DNA from: Balamuthia mandrillaris
Taxonomy: Eukaryota
DNA: 64,000 nucleotides
NCBI GenBank assembly: GCA_031835245.2
Contig: JAVKOQ020000047.1
Span: forward strand, 62,001-126,000
Direction of reading: 5' to 3'
Numbering within the stretch: position 1 is the first letter of the stretch; every line of letters begins with the position of its first letter. The translations under genes and the position numbers were made by a program. The notes beneath the pieces are model-generated. The model made no database searches. It had not been told where the DNA came from and was given only the letters and a program-made list of their open reading frames with translations. This document shows positions 10,342 through 22,900 of this stretch, one piece after another.

Positions 10342-12595
10342 CTACTTTTTCCAGAGTTTAAGGAGACCATCGGTGGCCCAACTGGCCAGGATGTTGTGGC
10401 GGGGGTGGGCTGCTAAGCCCAGCAGGCTTTGGCTGTGGGCGTCCTGCAGGACGGTCTCCATCCGTCCTGTGGCGTACTCAAAGCAAAACACATTGCCCCC
10501 TTCGCTCCCTGCAAACACGTACTTGCCTATGCGTGTTATAGAGAGAGGAAGGTCAGCAATGTAAAAGCAAATAGAACGAGAGAAGCACTTACCCTTTCGC
10601 GACAGCACACATGAGACCAAGTCAGATTTGCCTACATTCGGTAAATCTCTCCTTGTTTCATTGTGAACAGCGCTCGATGCCGCCTCAGTAGCTCCCACGC
10701 CCTCTGCAGTGAAGGTCTTGAGGAGCCTGCCCTGCATATCCATGACAAAGCACTCCGAAGACTTGTTTCCCACCAGCAACAAGCTCCCCAGATTGGAGGA
10801 CGTAGAGGGGGATATCAAACAGATGGTGTGAATGCTTAGATTTTCCTTTGGCGAGAAAGTGTTGAGACAGTCCATGGTCTTGGTGTCCCAGACTTTGATG
10901 GTGCCGTCACTGCTGCCTGATATCACCTTGCTCTCATCCTCGCTGAAAACAGCAGTATTCACAAAGGAGGCATGGCCTCTGTAGGTCTTCAGCGTTTTAC
11001 CCGACTTAAGGCCATGCAACCTAGTTGTTTAACACAATCAACAAAATAAACCCAGGTGGCTCCATGGGTAACTGTACCGAATGGTATGATCATAGGAACT
11101 GCTTAATACTTTGGTGCTGTCGCTGGCGAAACAGACACATGTTACTCCACCGGAATGCGCACCGTCGAATCTTCGCAAGCATCTGCCACTTTTAAGTTCC
11201 CAAACCTACACTGAAACTTGTTAACGATAAGTGGAACCAACAACATGAAGGGCGCATACAGACCTTTACTTTACCGTCTTTGCTACCCGATGCAAGCAAT
11301 TGGTTATCTTTGCTGAACACTAAGCAAAAAACTGCCTCATTGTGCATCATCATTTTGTCCTTCGTGAAGAAATAACATATTAAACATGTTTTCAAGGGAG
11401 GAGAGAGGGAATAGTACCTCAGCTTGATATTTGAGATCCCGTCTTAGTTTTCCAGTAGTCCAGTCCCACACTTGAAAAGCAAGCAAGAGTAAGCAAACAG
11501 GCAACAACGAAGAACGTAACAGATGGTGAGCAAAAAAAAAAAACAATTACCCTCTATAAATCCATCCACACTTCCAGTAACAAGCGACTGCCCATCCAAA
11601 GAAAAACAAGCACATTCTGGATGAGATTGCTTCCCAAACTAATCTCCAAAGAAAAACAAAGGTAAGCACATCAAGACAAAAAAACTGGCCTAACCAACAA
11701 AAGGGTTACCTTTATGGTCTTCTTGAGCCTTTGGGGGCATTCGTCCTCTTCCTCAACAGGAGCAGCAGTAGTTCCTCTGAACAGGTCAATGTCAGTACCA
11801 GGGGGCAGCAGGCCCTGGTACTGCTGCCATTTGATGCCCTGTGAGATCAAGGCCATGAGCCTGGCGGGCGGCACCACCGCCACCTCCGGCTCCAAGGCCT
11901 TGGCAATGGCAGCCCGCCGTTTCTCCTTGGAGGAGCCATCAGGGTAGGCCTCCCTCGGCTCAAAGTGGGGCCTGGAGAGGAGTCGCTGCAGCCTGAGAAA
12001 GCGATCGCCGTCCGCTTGTCGTAAGGCAGCCATCGGCTTGCTCTGAGCCAACAGCATTCGAGCTGTGTCTATCTCTCTCAATTCCAGCAACTCCAAATAC
12101 ATCTTTCGTTTGCCCACATGGAATAGTTAGATCAGGGTGAGACGCAGGTAGAAAAGGCGTGCGTCTCAGAGTGTAACGTACTTGCTCGTAAATGTCAAAC
12201 AAAAGGTTGGGCGGCAACGACAACGTCTTCAGGTTGTGTAGCACAGCGTCCCAACGCCCATTCGTAACATCAGCCAAGAAGGCTTCCATATTGTCTACAG
12301 TGTTCAAGGAAAGCGCCGTCTCTTCCTAAACACAAACCTAAGTCTTAGCTAAGAGCCTTATTTTTCCAATCGTCGAGGGGAAAGAAGTTGTTCAACTTAC
12401 CTGCAACGTAGCCAGCGTTCGCTGCAACGAGTTCTCTTTGCAGAACTGCATGATCAGCCGGATGACACTGGCAGAAGAACGTAAGAAGAGCGGAAACCTC
12501 CAAGCCACATTTTTTATGTTTAAAAAAGAAATAAAAAAAAAAAACACGTACTCTCCAGCATCTACATTAATGGCGTTGGCGGGAGCATCGGCCAT
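10342..12595 (-). CDS. SMU1: WD40 repeat splicing factor SMU1, multi-exon
   Basis: [14 protein letters not shown] (LisH), LNTVDN...[79 protein letters not shown]. Confidence 0.95.
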
Positions 12596-12772
12596 CTTCT
12601 GCTCTCTTTCTTTCTCTTCACGTTCGAGGATATCTCTCATCAACCTAATAGTGTTTTTCAATATCCGAAGAGTAAATTTCATGACGACATGGATTTTAAA
12701 TTGTACGTGATTTTTGTTTTAGCGTTTTGTTAATATTAAATATTATAGTTTTAGCGTTTTGTTTAAAACGTA

Positions 12773-15743
12773 TTAAATATTATCCATGATCTCTTCCATC
12801 TCTGTGAAAGAGTAGCCGGCGGAGTAGGTGCCACCGGCGTCGTCCTCCTCCAATCCATATTCGTACTCGCCCTCGCTGCTGTCCAGCACCAGCTCCTGCT
12901 CTCCCTCCACCTCCGGATTGTTAAACTGATACATCTCCCTCATTTTGTCTTTGCGTGCGTTTGCGACGGCTTCAGGAGACTCGCCTTCCCCCTCAAGTCC
13001 TCCTTCGCCTCGGCCATGGTTGCTGAAGCTCACCATCTTCTTCAATCGCTGCCCCAAGCTGCTTCGTCGAGGGGTAGTGGCTCCATCCAGTCTTGATCCT
13101 GCCGCTCCTCCTTCTCCGATATCCAACGAATGAGCCGAGTTGTGAGTGCCGCCGTAGACGCTCCCCTCATCAGAGTTAAGCCTTATGTCTCCCTTTTCTC
13201 TGTCTACAATGATGATCCCTCCAGCCCCATCTTTGCCTTCACCACCCCCATAACCGTCATGATCATCTAAGTCGCCGCTTCCAGTGGCAAGGTCGTCGCC
13301 CTCGCCGGCCAGTTGATCGCGATGAAACTCAGAGTCCATGGCTGATAGTTCCAAGCTGCTGTACTTGCGGGTGAGGCGGGACTGTTCTTCTTTGTAAGCC
13401 AGCGACTCCTCTAGGTCGTTGTAGGAGGATATGAGAGCCGAGCAATGGCGGATGCACTGATGAACGTCAGCACCGATGAAAGACTGTAACTCGTGCTGAT
13501 CGCCATACTCTCTTAGAAACTCTTTTACGTCCTTGTTGTGCTCCAGGTAGTTCAACAGCATGTCCGTGCTCTGTACAATGCCTTCCCACATTCGATTCGC
13601 TTTGTCGAAATACTCTGCTGCTGGGTATTGATCTTTCTCTTTTGCCTTTCGTTCTTGCTCTTCTTCTTCTTTCCGTTTTGTTTCTTCTTCCTCTTTTTCT
13701 TCCTCTTCCTCTTCCTCCTCTTCCTCTTCTTCGATGATTTTGACCAACTCCTGAATCTCAGCTTCCTCTTCGTCCGTTTTCTTGGTAGTAGGGCTATCTA
13801 GCGGCTGCGCTCTTGTTGTTTGCTGGTCGTTGGTACTGCTGCTGCTGTCCGTAGCAGCATCTATATTTGGGTTTTGTGATAGCTCCTTTTCTTCACGTTC
13901 TCTCTCCAGTTGCCGCAATCGCTCCTCCTTTTCTCTTTGCCGCCGTTCCGCTTTCCGCCGTTCTCGTTCCCTTTTTCTTTTGTCCTTGAGCCGCTCCTTC
14001 TGCAACTTGTGAGAGAGCATGTAGGCCAATACCCAACCTACCGTCACCAAGAATAGCCGCTTCTTCCACGCGTTTAGCCGTCTACATACAAATCTAACTA
14101 GAGCCAGCGGGTTGAGAGGATGGTATGGCGATAGGCTCTCCACGTCCCTCTCTACCGTCCACCAGTAGCTTACGATGCTTTGGGCTGTCCCCCAAAACTC
14201 GCCTATCCAGCCGAGCTGTTGTTGCAGGCTGTTTTTCATGTCATTATTGCTATCGTGAATGAGACTTCCAGCGATGCTCCCAACAACAGCAGCGCCAAGG
14301 CTCAGCCCTTTCGTGCCCATGTGTCTTTTGTTCGTAACGGTAGAAGAAGAGTTGTGGCCGAGAAAATAGCGAGAGAACATAGGCACACCCACAAATATCC
14401 AAAAGAAAGTGCCAACGATTAAACTGATCTCCCACCAGAAGAATATCTTGTGGAAGAGCCGCTTTATCTCCTTGTTGAGCCGTTTCAACTCGCCGGCGTT
14501 GGGGTTGGCCCCGCTCTCCGCTGTGCTTTTGTAGAGTTGTTGCTCGTGGTGGTACTTTTGACGTTGGTACCGGAATGTGAGCTGGTCCTTGCCCTCCAGC
14601 GCCGACTCCCTCAACAACGTGAGCGCTTCCTCTAAAAACCGCCCGTCCACCTTCTCCAAGATCTCCTGCACTATCCGCAGCGACTTTTCTGCCTTCTTTA
14701 GATACTTCCTGTTTGTTTGCAAACATGTCGCTTTGGTGTGAGAGAAGCAAGAAAGAGAAACCGAGGAAAGAGGTGAGGTGAAGAGAAGAGAAATAGAAGG
14801 TCATTGACGTAGGACGTACTTGACCACTTTGATAAGAGGAAAGATGTGTTTCTTCAAAATGAGTTCGTCCTCTGCGTCTTCCTCCTCTGCGGTCTCGCCT
14901 CTCTCCCACTTTTCGTTCGATTCAGTCTCGGAGCTCAACAGGTAAAAGGCAGCATCAAGGCCGCGCACAAACTCCTCCAGCGGGTGGGAGGTAAGCTCAA
15001 CGTAGCCTCCTTGCCACCGGATCATGTACACCGGCTGCTCGTCCTCGTCCTCCTCCTCGTCGCTGGTGAAATCCTCCTCCTCATCCTCCTCTCCCTCGCC
15101 AAGGTCCTGCCCCCTCCCGTGCAAACGGGCTTCGTGCTCCTCCTCCTGAAGGGAAGCATCGGCGTACCACATGATAGCGGGGGAGGGGGTCCGCTCCTCT
15201 GTCCTCTTCTTCTTCCAGATCCTCTGCTGCTGCTGTCACTTTTTCCGTGTTGCTTCCTATCGTGTCGTCTCGAAAACTCTTAGATTTTGTCACGACGACA
15301 CGACTCAACAGTGGGATTGAGAATGCAAGAGCGGATGGCTCTCTTGCAGTGGAGGCGGGCGGAGAGAACGGTCATCCTCTATTGGCAGAGGCCGCAAAGC
15401 AAAAGACGAGAAAAAGAAAGAGGGAGAGAAGGGGGATGAAGAAAGATAAGGAGTGGATAGCGTGGTAGGCATTTCCAAGGGCAGAAATTCTCCAGAAAGC
15501 GGAGGAGAGCCCCGCCATCTTTCTCGTAAATGTTGGATAACATGTTGAGCAAACAACAGCCATTTGTCCATTCGTCTTGTGTGGCAGGTCCTGGCGACGA
15601 TGGCCACCTCCTTCTTCGGCACCATAATGAGAGAGCAGCTCATGGTGAAGATATTTCAACTTAGGCATCATCATTTCTTTCTCAGGGTAAGCCCAGGGGC
15701 GGCAATGGGAGCCTGCAACGGTAGCGATTGCACCATTGGGCAC
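12773..15743 (-). CDS. Hypothetical membrane protein with coiled-coil/acidic regions, multi-exon (5' end uncertain)
   Basis: 649-aa ORF 12773-14722 with hydrophobic segments and charged helices; upstream ORF pieces separated by GT-AG introns. Confidence 0.55.
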
Positions 15744-15879
15744 GCTTATAGCTTGGAGGAGAAGAGCATTGATGGATTGAGCATTCTGCCCTTTTGATTG
15801 CGTTGCATTTGCAAATGTTTTTAGGTGGTTTGCAGATTTGCGACAAAAGTTGTGTACAATTGCGATAGGGTCAGTTGCT

Positions 15880-16617
15880 CTAATGGGAAAGCGCAGAAGA
15901 AGAAGACGGAGAAGACGTAGATGAAGATGAAGATGAGGATGAAGATGAAGATGAAGATGAAGATGAAGATGAAGATGAAGATGAAGATGAAGATGAAGAT
16001 GAAGATGAAGATGAAGATGAAGATGAGATGAATGAAGATGAAGATGAAGATGAAGAAGAGGTTGATGATGATAAGGTGAATGGTGTTGATGTTAATGAAG
16101 AAGAAGTGTAAGCTGAGGGATAAACTGAAGTGAATTTAAACCGAAAGGAGGACTCATTGTTCGTACGGGGAGGAGGAGTGGAAGACGAAGAAGGAGAAGA
16201 AGACAAAACAAGAGCAGGAGAAGGCAGGGACGCTCGCGTTTGCTCTTGAAGGAGAGTCGCTATGAAGGAAATAGGAAGGTTCTGCGTGAGGTACCTCATC
16301 AACGGCAAATGCTCCGCCACCAGCTGCAACAAGCACTCCTCTAAGGTGTTGCCTCCCATCAGCCTTGTCAGGAGCAGCTCCGCCTGCCCTCTCACCACCT
16401 CGCTCTCAGGTAGGTGAAGCGTCTGCTCCAGGTGAGCATCCCAATCGACAGCCGCAATGGCTGCCATCGCTCGCTGGCACTTTGCCTTGCGCTGCTGCAG
16501 CAGCTCCCGCTGAGCTTGCTTGTCCTCCTCTGCGCGTTGCTTTCGCTTCTTGGAGGGGGCTGTCCTGGCCGCTTTGCAGCGTTGGCAGCTCTCCTCGCAG
16601 CAGTGCACCACGTGCAA
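15880..16617 (-). CDS. Hypothetical protein with poly-Ser tail (possible F-box-like or basic region; start uncertain)
   Basis: 245-aa ORF; basic NLS-like KKRKQR; tail encoded by a microsatellite. Confidence 0.35.
   Translation of the reverse strand: MHVVHCCEESCQRCKAARTAPSKKRKQRAEEDKQAQRELLQQRKAKCQRAMAAIAAVDWDAHLEQTLHLPESEVVRGQAELLLTRLMGGNTLEECLLQLVAEHLPLMRYLTQNLPISFIATLLQEQTRASLPSPALVLSSSPSSSSTPPPRTNNESSFRFKFTSVYPSAYTSSSLTSTPFTLSSSTSSSSSSSSSFISSSSSSSSSSSSSSSSSSSSSSSSSSSSSSSSSSSSTSSPSSSSALSH
15920..16052. repeat. (GAAGAT)n microsatellite
   Basis: Direct hexamer tandem repeat. Confidence 0.95.
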
Positions 16618-17140
16618 CTCATGAGAGCAGCGACTGTTCTCATCGGCGTAGGAACGACCACATGCTTCTTTTTGTATTTTTCAGTTTGATGAGAGGAAGA
16701 ACGAAAAAAGAGAGAGAAAGAGGGAGAGAGAGGAAATACTTTGATGGCGACAATAAAAGGGCCTGTTGGCGGCTTGGCCGGTCCTTTTGTCCTGCAGCTC
16801 AGCGCAGCGGGTGCAGGTGGAGGGGTTGCATGGGTGAGGACCCAGCCGCCGCTCATGCTTGTTGCGGCTGGAGTTGCAAGCAAAGGTGGGGTTTCCTCCC
16901 TCCTTCATGCCTCTGCACAGATGGTGCCTGCACTCCATTCCCCCAAACACACAAGACGACGACGCTAGCGCGTTGTTGCTCCACCACCACCACCACCACC
17001 ACTACCACTAGCACTAGCACCACCACTCCTCTCTCTTTCTGTCGATATTCTCTTGCTTTTTTGTCGATTATAATTTGTCCCGATGAGATAATTGTTGCTA
17101 ATTTTGCTGCAACGAAAAATATCGGGATATATCGACGATA

Positions 17141-19891
17141 ATGTGGATGGAAAAAACAGAGAAAAAGCAGGAAAGAAGGCCAGCCAGAAGCAGCAGCAAG
17201 CAACGTCATCCATCACCACCACCACCGCCGCCTGCTGCTGCTGGTGCTGGAGCTAGTGCCACGTGGACGCAGCAACCAGGGCAGCACCCCCGTAACGAAC
17301 CGCTACTCCACGCAAGGCAAGCAAAAGCCATGGGAAATTGCCACGGAGGCACAACAAGACGGAGACGGTCATGTTGGCCGACCCATGATCTTGGCGGAGG
17401 AATAGGAATGCTCCTCCGTAGGCGCTCCTCCTGCTGGAGGAGGCTGCTGCTGGTAGGGATTGCAGTGGCGCTGTTGGCTTTGTTGGATGGGAGCAGCGGG
17501 GCACAGGCTCGACGCAGCCGTTTTTGTGACTACCACCCAAACCACCCGGCTTGCCTCATCGAGAAGGAGCAAGAGGACGTTGCCGCTACTGACGAAGAAC
17601 AGGAGCCACAACCATGCCTCAATGACTTTCTGAAGGGGTCAGAAGCCGCTTCCACACAGTTGCGCCCTCCTCGGTCCTTTTTATTGTTGGCTGTAGCCAT
17701 TGGTTCGTTTGCTTTTTTCTCTCTCCTTTACTCACGTTTGCTTTCTCCCTTTAAACTGATATTTTGTGGTTGCATGAGGGCAGCAGTGTGCTTATCCACA
17801 GCGAGCATGTACATATGGTGGTTGAAGGCGACCAACGCTGACAACAACATTACTGCAGACGAGAACAACAATCAGAACCTCGCCACCACAGCAACGACAG
17901 AAACAGCAACATCTTTGACCTCAACACTACTTTCCGAGGCACCAACTTCTGCCATAACTTCCACAACAACCACCACTACCACAACAACAACTACTGTAAA
18001 GGGATCGCCAGACTTTGAAGAAGTTAACATCACTCAAGATAAGGAGGAACAGACTTTAACACATCCCGTTAGTGATAGTGATGATGCTGACGAATGTAAT
18101 AATGATAAGAAGGTTGGGGCGGAGGACGTGATGGCCAAGGGAAGAAAGGATACGAGCAGTGACGAGGAAGCAGAATCCCCTTCGTCCTCCGCTTCTTTTC
18201 TGAGAAGCCCACCCGGAGCTAGCAAATTTGCTGAAGACGAATGCATGCTGACGCAAGAATTGCGAGTTGTAAAGCGAAGGAGTGAGAGCGTGAGCGAAGG
18301 AGAGGCTAGCACTACAGCAGGCCAAGACATAGAGGAAGAGACATACGAAGAAAAGACAGTAGTAGTCTATGCTTCAACGAAATCACCACCATCGTCGACA
18401 AATACACAAGAACAGCGAAGAGCGAAACAAGAAAACATGGATGAACGGAGCCACGAACAGCGGATAGAAGGAGAAGACAACGATAGCCATTCAAGATTTC
18501 TTGTACCGGAAGAAACTGGTGATGGTCATCTCCACCATAACACAGATGAAATTATAAAAGACGTCATGAAGATAAGTACTGTTCTGGGCCTCAGCAAGGA
18601 AGAAGTACTCTCCCTTTCGCCCACTGAAAAGATCAAATACAGTCTGGAGTGCTACAAGCTGAAACAACATCAAAGCTTCTTGATGGAGCAACGACGAAAC
18701 AACAAAGCACAGGAAGACCTCTTAACGGTTCTCCACAAAAGCTCTCAAAGTCACCTGGAGGAGTCGCAGCGGCATCACGCTGTGGATGAGAGCATTCAGC
18801 TGCGTTCGAGCCAGGAGCTGATTCGCCACAATCGAAAGAAGGAGAAGTGGTCGCGGCAGCAGAGCCAGGAGATACGACGGCACCATCGCGTGAAGGAATC
18901 TCAGCTTCGTAGCGAGGGGCGGCAGCAACGCCTCCAACTGTTTGAAGCCCACCAACGGACTCTTCTGCTACGAACGACGTGGTTGGCTCTCTTTAGTTTC
19001 GCGTGTACATGGGCCTATTTTATGCACTTCGAGGTGGGACTTGCAGATGTTATCGCTCAACTGTTTGATCATTGGGACGTGCAACGCAACCACTTTTTGC
19101 GTTTGGTGGGAGCTTCAAGTTATGGATCCACTAGGTACAATGTTTTTTTCTTGCTGCTGTTATTACCTTCATTGTTTTTGTTTATATTTCTGTGATGTTC
19201 TGTCACGAACTTCTAAAATAGGAGTGGACGGTGTGGATGGATGTGGGCGATGGTGGGGATAACTGGAGAGGGAAGTTGCTTGGGTTTCATCTACGAGTTA
19301 TTGATGACCGTGCTATTTATACTGCTTACAGTCGTTGGTGCTGGGTTGCTGGTGTGGCGGTCCAAGATAGGCTATGTTGCTCTCTTCGTCAGCGCAATGG
19401 CGTTTGGGGTGAGCGTGCTACGAGCTGGTTTCTTCTTCTCCATCGTTCTGCTATTTCAATACTTCGTTCTGCAACTTTTGTGGCAGTGCATGAAAGCAGC
19501 TGGCCTCCATAAAAAAGATCCTGCTAAGCCACTCAACAAAAAGAGGAAAGCAAAGAAAAAATCAAAACAACGAACGAAAAAAGAAGCGGAAAGAACACAA
19601 GGCGTTACACCGGAGCAACTGGACGAGAAGGAAGCCTCTCGGAAGAAACCATCTAAAGGAAAGAACAAGAAAGAGAATGAAACCTCATTCAACAGACTGA
19701 TAGGCAAACGACGATGGATATTGAATGCATGGGAATGGCTGTGCTACCCAATGTTCGCGCTGGTGGCTGCGACTTTCGGATATTGGACGTTCCTCAGCGA
19801 CCCGCTCAACCCATTCTCGCTGGACAACTGGCTGCTCGACTCTTTTATTCTTCACTACCTCTCTTCCTTTCGTTGGCCTGTCTTCTCGTGA
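17141..19891 (+). CDS. Hypothetical multi-pass membrane protein (start may be 17329 or 17408; intron ~19135-19221)
   Basis: 684-aa and 216-aa ORFs with signal-like and TM segments, a Thr-rich region and coiled coil; GT..AG between them. Confidence 0.55.
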
Positions 19892-19928
19892 GTGCAGACA
19901 ATCAAAAAAAAAGCGAAGTATGTACACG

Positions 19929-22900
19929 TTATTGCTGCTGTTGATAAAGTACAAGAGAAGTTTTGAAAGCGACGATGAGCTGCTTGAATGCCTGCCGCCA
20001 ACCGGCGTAAGCCTCTTGCATGGAGGCCTCTGCCTTGGCCTCGTTTGCTGCTGCCTCCTCCCCATTCAGCGCGTGCCATGAAGACATCAACCACAACGAC
20101 CTCTCCAAAAAGGTTTTGGTGGCCTGCATCACCACCACCTTTTGCTGCTGTACTTGAGGTCGTTGGTCTGTGGTGTGGTGAATTGTTAATATCACGTGAA
20201 AGAGGAGAGAGGAGAAAAGAAAGGAAGCAGAGGAGGAGGAATGATGGAAACCTTCGACCAGGATAGTGGCAGCCTTTTGGATGGTGGCCACGAGAGCAAA
20301 GACGCGTTGCCGGAAGGCATCAGTGTCGAACAACATTTCTTCCTCCTCGTCGTCATCAAACTTGCACATGGAAGATATTTGCGTTAAGCCCTGGTTCACT
20401 TTTTTGGTGTACTCCAAAAAGGTCTTCTTCTTCTTGCTGCGAGCGGTTAGCTGCGGTTGCTGTGCTGTTTGCTGAAGGGCGTCCAAGACTGGACCGGCTC
20501 CAATGATCAAGTTCTCCAGTGCTAGTAGCACTTTGGCTTTGTTGGCTGCCAGAGCGTCGGCGTTGCCGCTCTCTCTTTGAAGAAGGAAGGACCGAAGCTC
20601 GGTGACTTGCGTTCCAAATTCTTGGCATAAGCGCAAAATAGACTGGCAGGTTTCCTCTTGAAAGTGCATGCTTGCGGCTTCTCCAGCGAGCGACTTGCCA
20701 TCCATCAACAATTGCTTCGCTGTTCCCGTAAGAGCTGCAACGGTGTCCTTTATACTAGTGTCTGCGAAGGAGGATGAACGGGGAGCAAACAGAGAAGCAT
20801 CGAGAGATTGCAGTAATGATATCATGCGTCTTCTTCCTGCTCCCATGCTCTCATTTATAGAAGAAGAACTACTTGCATCACGCTGGGTTCGGGGGGTAGG
20901 AGGGGATAGAGGGGAGATAAGACGCGGTGAAGAAGGAGCAGATGTTGTTGATAGCGAACGAGAGTGAGTCATCAGTCGAGAGAGTGGAGTGCACGGTTGC
21001 CGGGAAGCCACCGGAGGAGGGCGAGGAGTAGAAGCAACAGCAGCAACAGCAGGGCCTGTGGTGCGGTTGGGGCTCGGCCCTCGATAAGAATGTGGACGTT
21101 GGTGATGTATTGTTGCATCCAGTACGGGAAGGTTTAATATTGGTACAGTTAGAGGAACAGAAGAAGTAGAAGAAGGACATGGTGATATGGATGGTGCGAC
21201 ACGAGGAGAGGCTAGTGGCGCGCTATGGTCTGTGATTTGCGGCGAGATGGAAGACGGGGTGGTTCCAGCTCTGCGTCGAATCATTTCTGGGGATTGGTCT
21301 TTGGATTCAATAGCAGCGGCGATGACTTTCGTTAGAGCGTGCAACTTCGCGGTAATGGTCATCCTTCCAGCTGAGTAACGGGAGGCAATGTCTTTGTTCA
21401 ACAGCTGTTGTTCCTGCGATGGAGGTGGTACCTGCCTTCGCTTCATGCAATGAATGAGCTCCTTGAACACATGAATGAAATGCACAGTAGCTTGGCCAAA
21501 CTCTTTGGCTGCGCCGCTGATTGCCTGCTTATGCGCTTCCGTGTGGGCGGCGTCGCGTAGCTCCTGAGCAGCCGCCACAACAGCCTTTGATGCCACCACG
21601 AAGCAACGCAATGTGTCATCCAGCATCATATTTTCGTCTTTCATTGTTGGATTCAACATTGCCGTCTCCCATCTAAAGTCCCATTCGGGCATCGACTGCT
21701 CCAGCTCTTTTGACTGCGCAACAAATTTGGCTGTTGTGTGTGCACAAGAGGAAGTAGAAACGGCAACAGCAGTTGATAGTGGAATTGAAAGAGGAGGTGG
21801 GGTTGCATTCTTAGAGTTGCTAGGAGAGGGGTGTCGATAGCTTTTTCCCTTCTTTGTTGGCTCTTTTGATGATAAAGTACTCTCTTGCTTGGTGGGTGTT
21901 AAAGGTTGTGGCGTGAACGAAGGCTTTGTGCCAGGTTTTTTGAAAGCCTGTTGTGAAGGAATCGGAACGGGCGTTGCTTTGTCGGTGCTGCCATTCGTGC
22001 CGATGGCTACTTTGGCTTCTGTTGCTGTTGGTGTAACTTTTGAGGCTGGTATTGCTGTTGCGCTGCGCTGTCTCAGTTCAGCTGACGCAACTGCACGGGG
22101 CGGAAGAGGCGGTGGTGATGTCGTTCCTACGTTGCTGGGAGTAGAGTCATCAGGTGTGTTCAGTGTGGCTATGGTGATTTGTAGTCGTGCTGCGGCTGAT
22201 GTGTCTTCTGTAGTTTCTTTGTTGGATGGATCAGAAGAGCGAGGAGTGTTTGGTTCAGAACCAGCAAAGACATCTACATCAGCCTCTTCCGGCGACATTC
22301 CAGCTTCTTCCCATAGATTAAATATAGTGCGTGGACCTTGTTGGTTGCGTGCTGCTCATTTATATATTAAAATTGGCGAGGAGAGGAGAGGAGAGGCGAG
22401 GAGAGGAGAGGAGAGGAGAGGAGAGGAGAGGAGAGGGAGAGGAGAGGAGAGGAGAGGAGAGGAGAGGAGAGGAGAGGAGAGAGGGAGAGGAGAGGAGAGG
22501 AGAGAGGAGAGGAGAGGAGAGGAGAGGAGAGGAGAGAGAGGAGAGGAGAGGAGAGGAGAGGAGAGGAGAGGAGAGGAGAGGAGAAACGGACCTACTCGCA
22601 GAGCCAATGTATCAAGTCTGAGGTCGCTCAAGTCTGTTGCCTCAGTTGGTGTATCGTCTGAGTCATCAGAGTCGTCAGAGTCCGTTCCTTTCTCTCCTGT
22701 TCCAGTCTTATCAGTGGTGGGGTCCGCATTTTCGTATCTCTTTTGCTGAAACTGGATCCCCATGTGTTGTTCCAGCATAAATCGAGTTCGTTCTTCCACT
22801 GTACCCCCCATAGCCATCATGGGTCCTAACGGTTCCAAGCCGGATGATCCTTTTCTCTCTTGTTGTGATCGTTTTAGTCGCTCTTGCTCCTCTCTTTCGA

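Noticed and set aside
22331..22749. ORFs made of EERRG, poly-R, poly-F or poly-L repeats (also ~53300, 55400-55900, 58900, 61700-62100)
   Set aside because: Translations of intronic microsatellites, not proteins.
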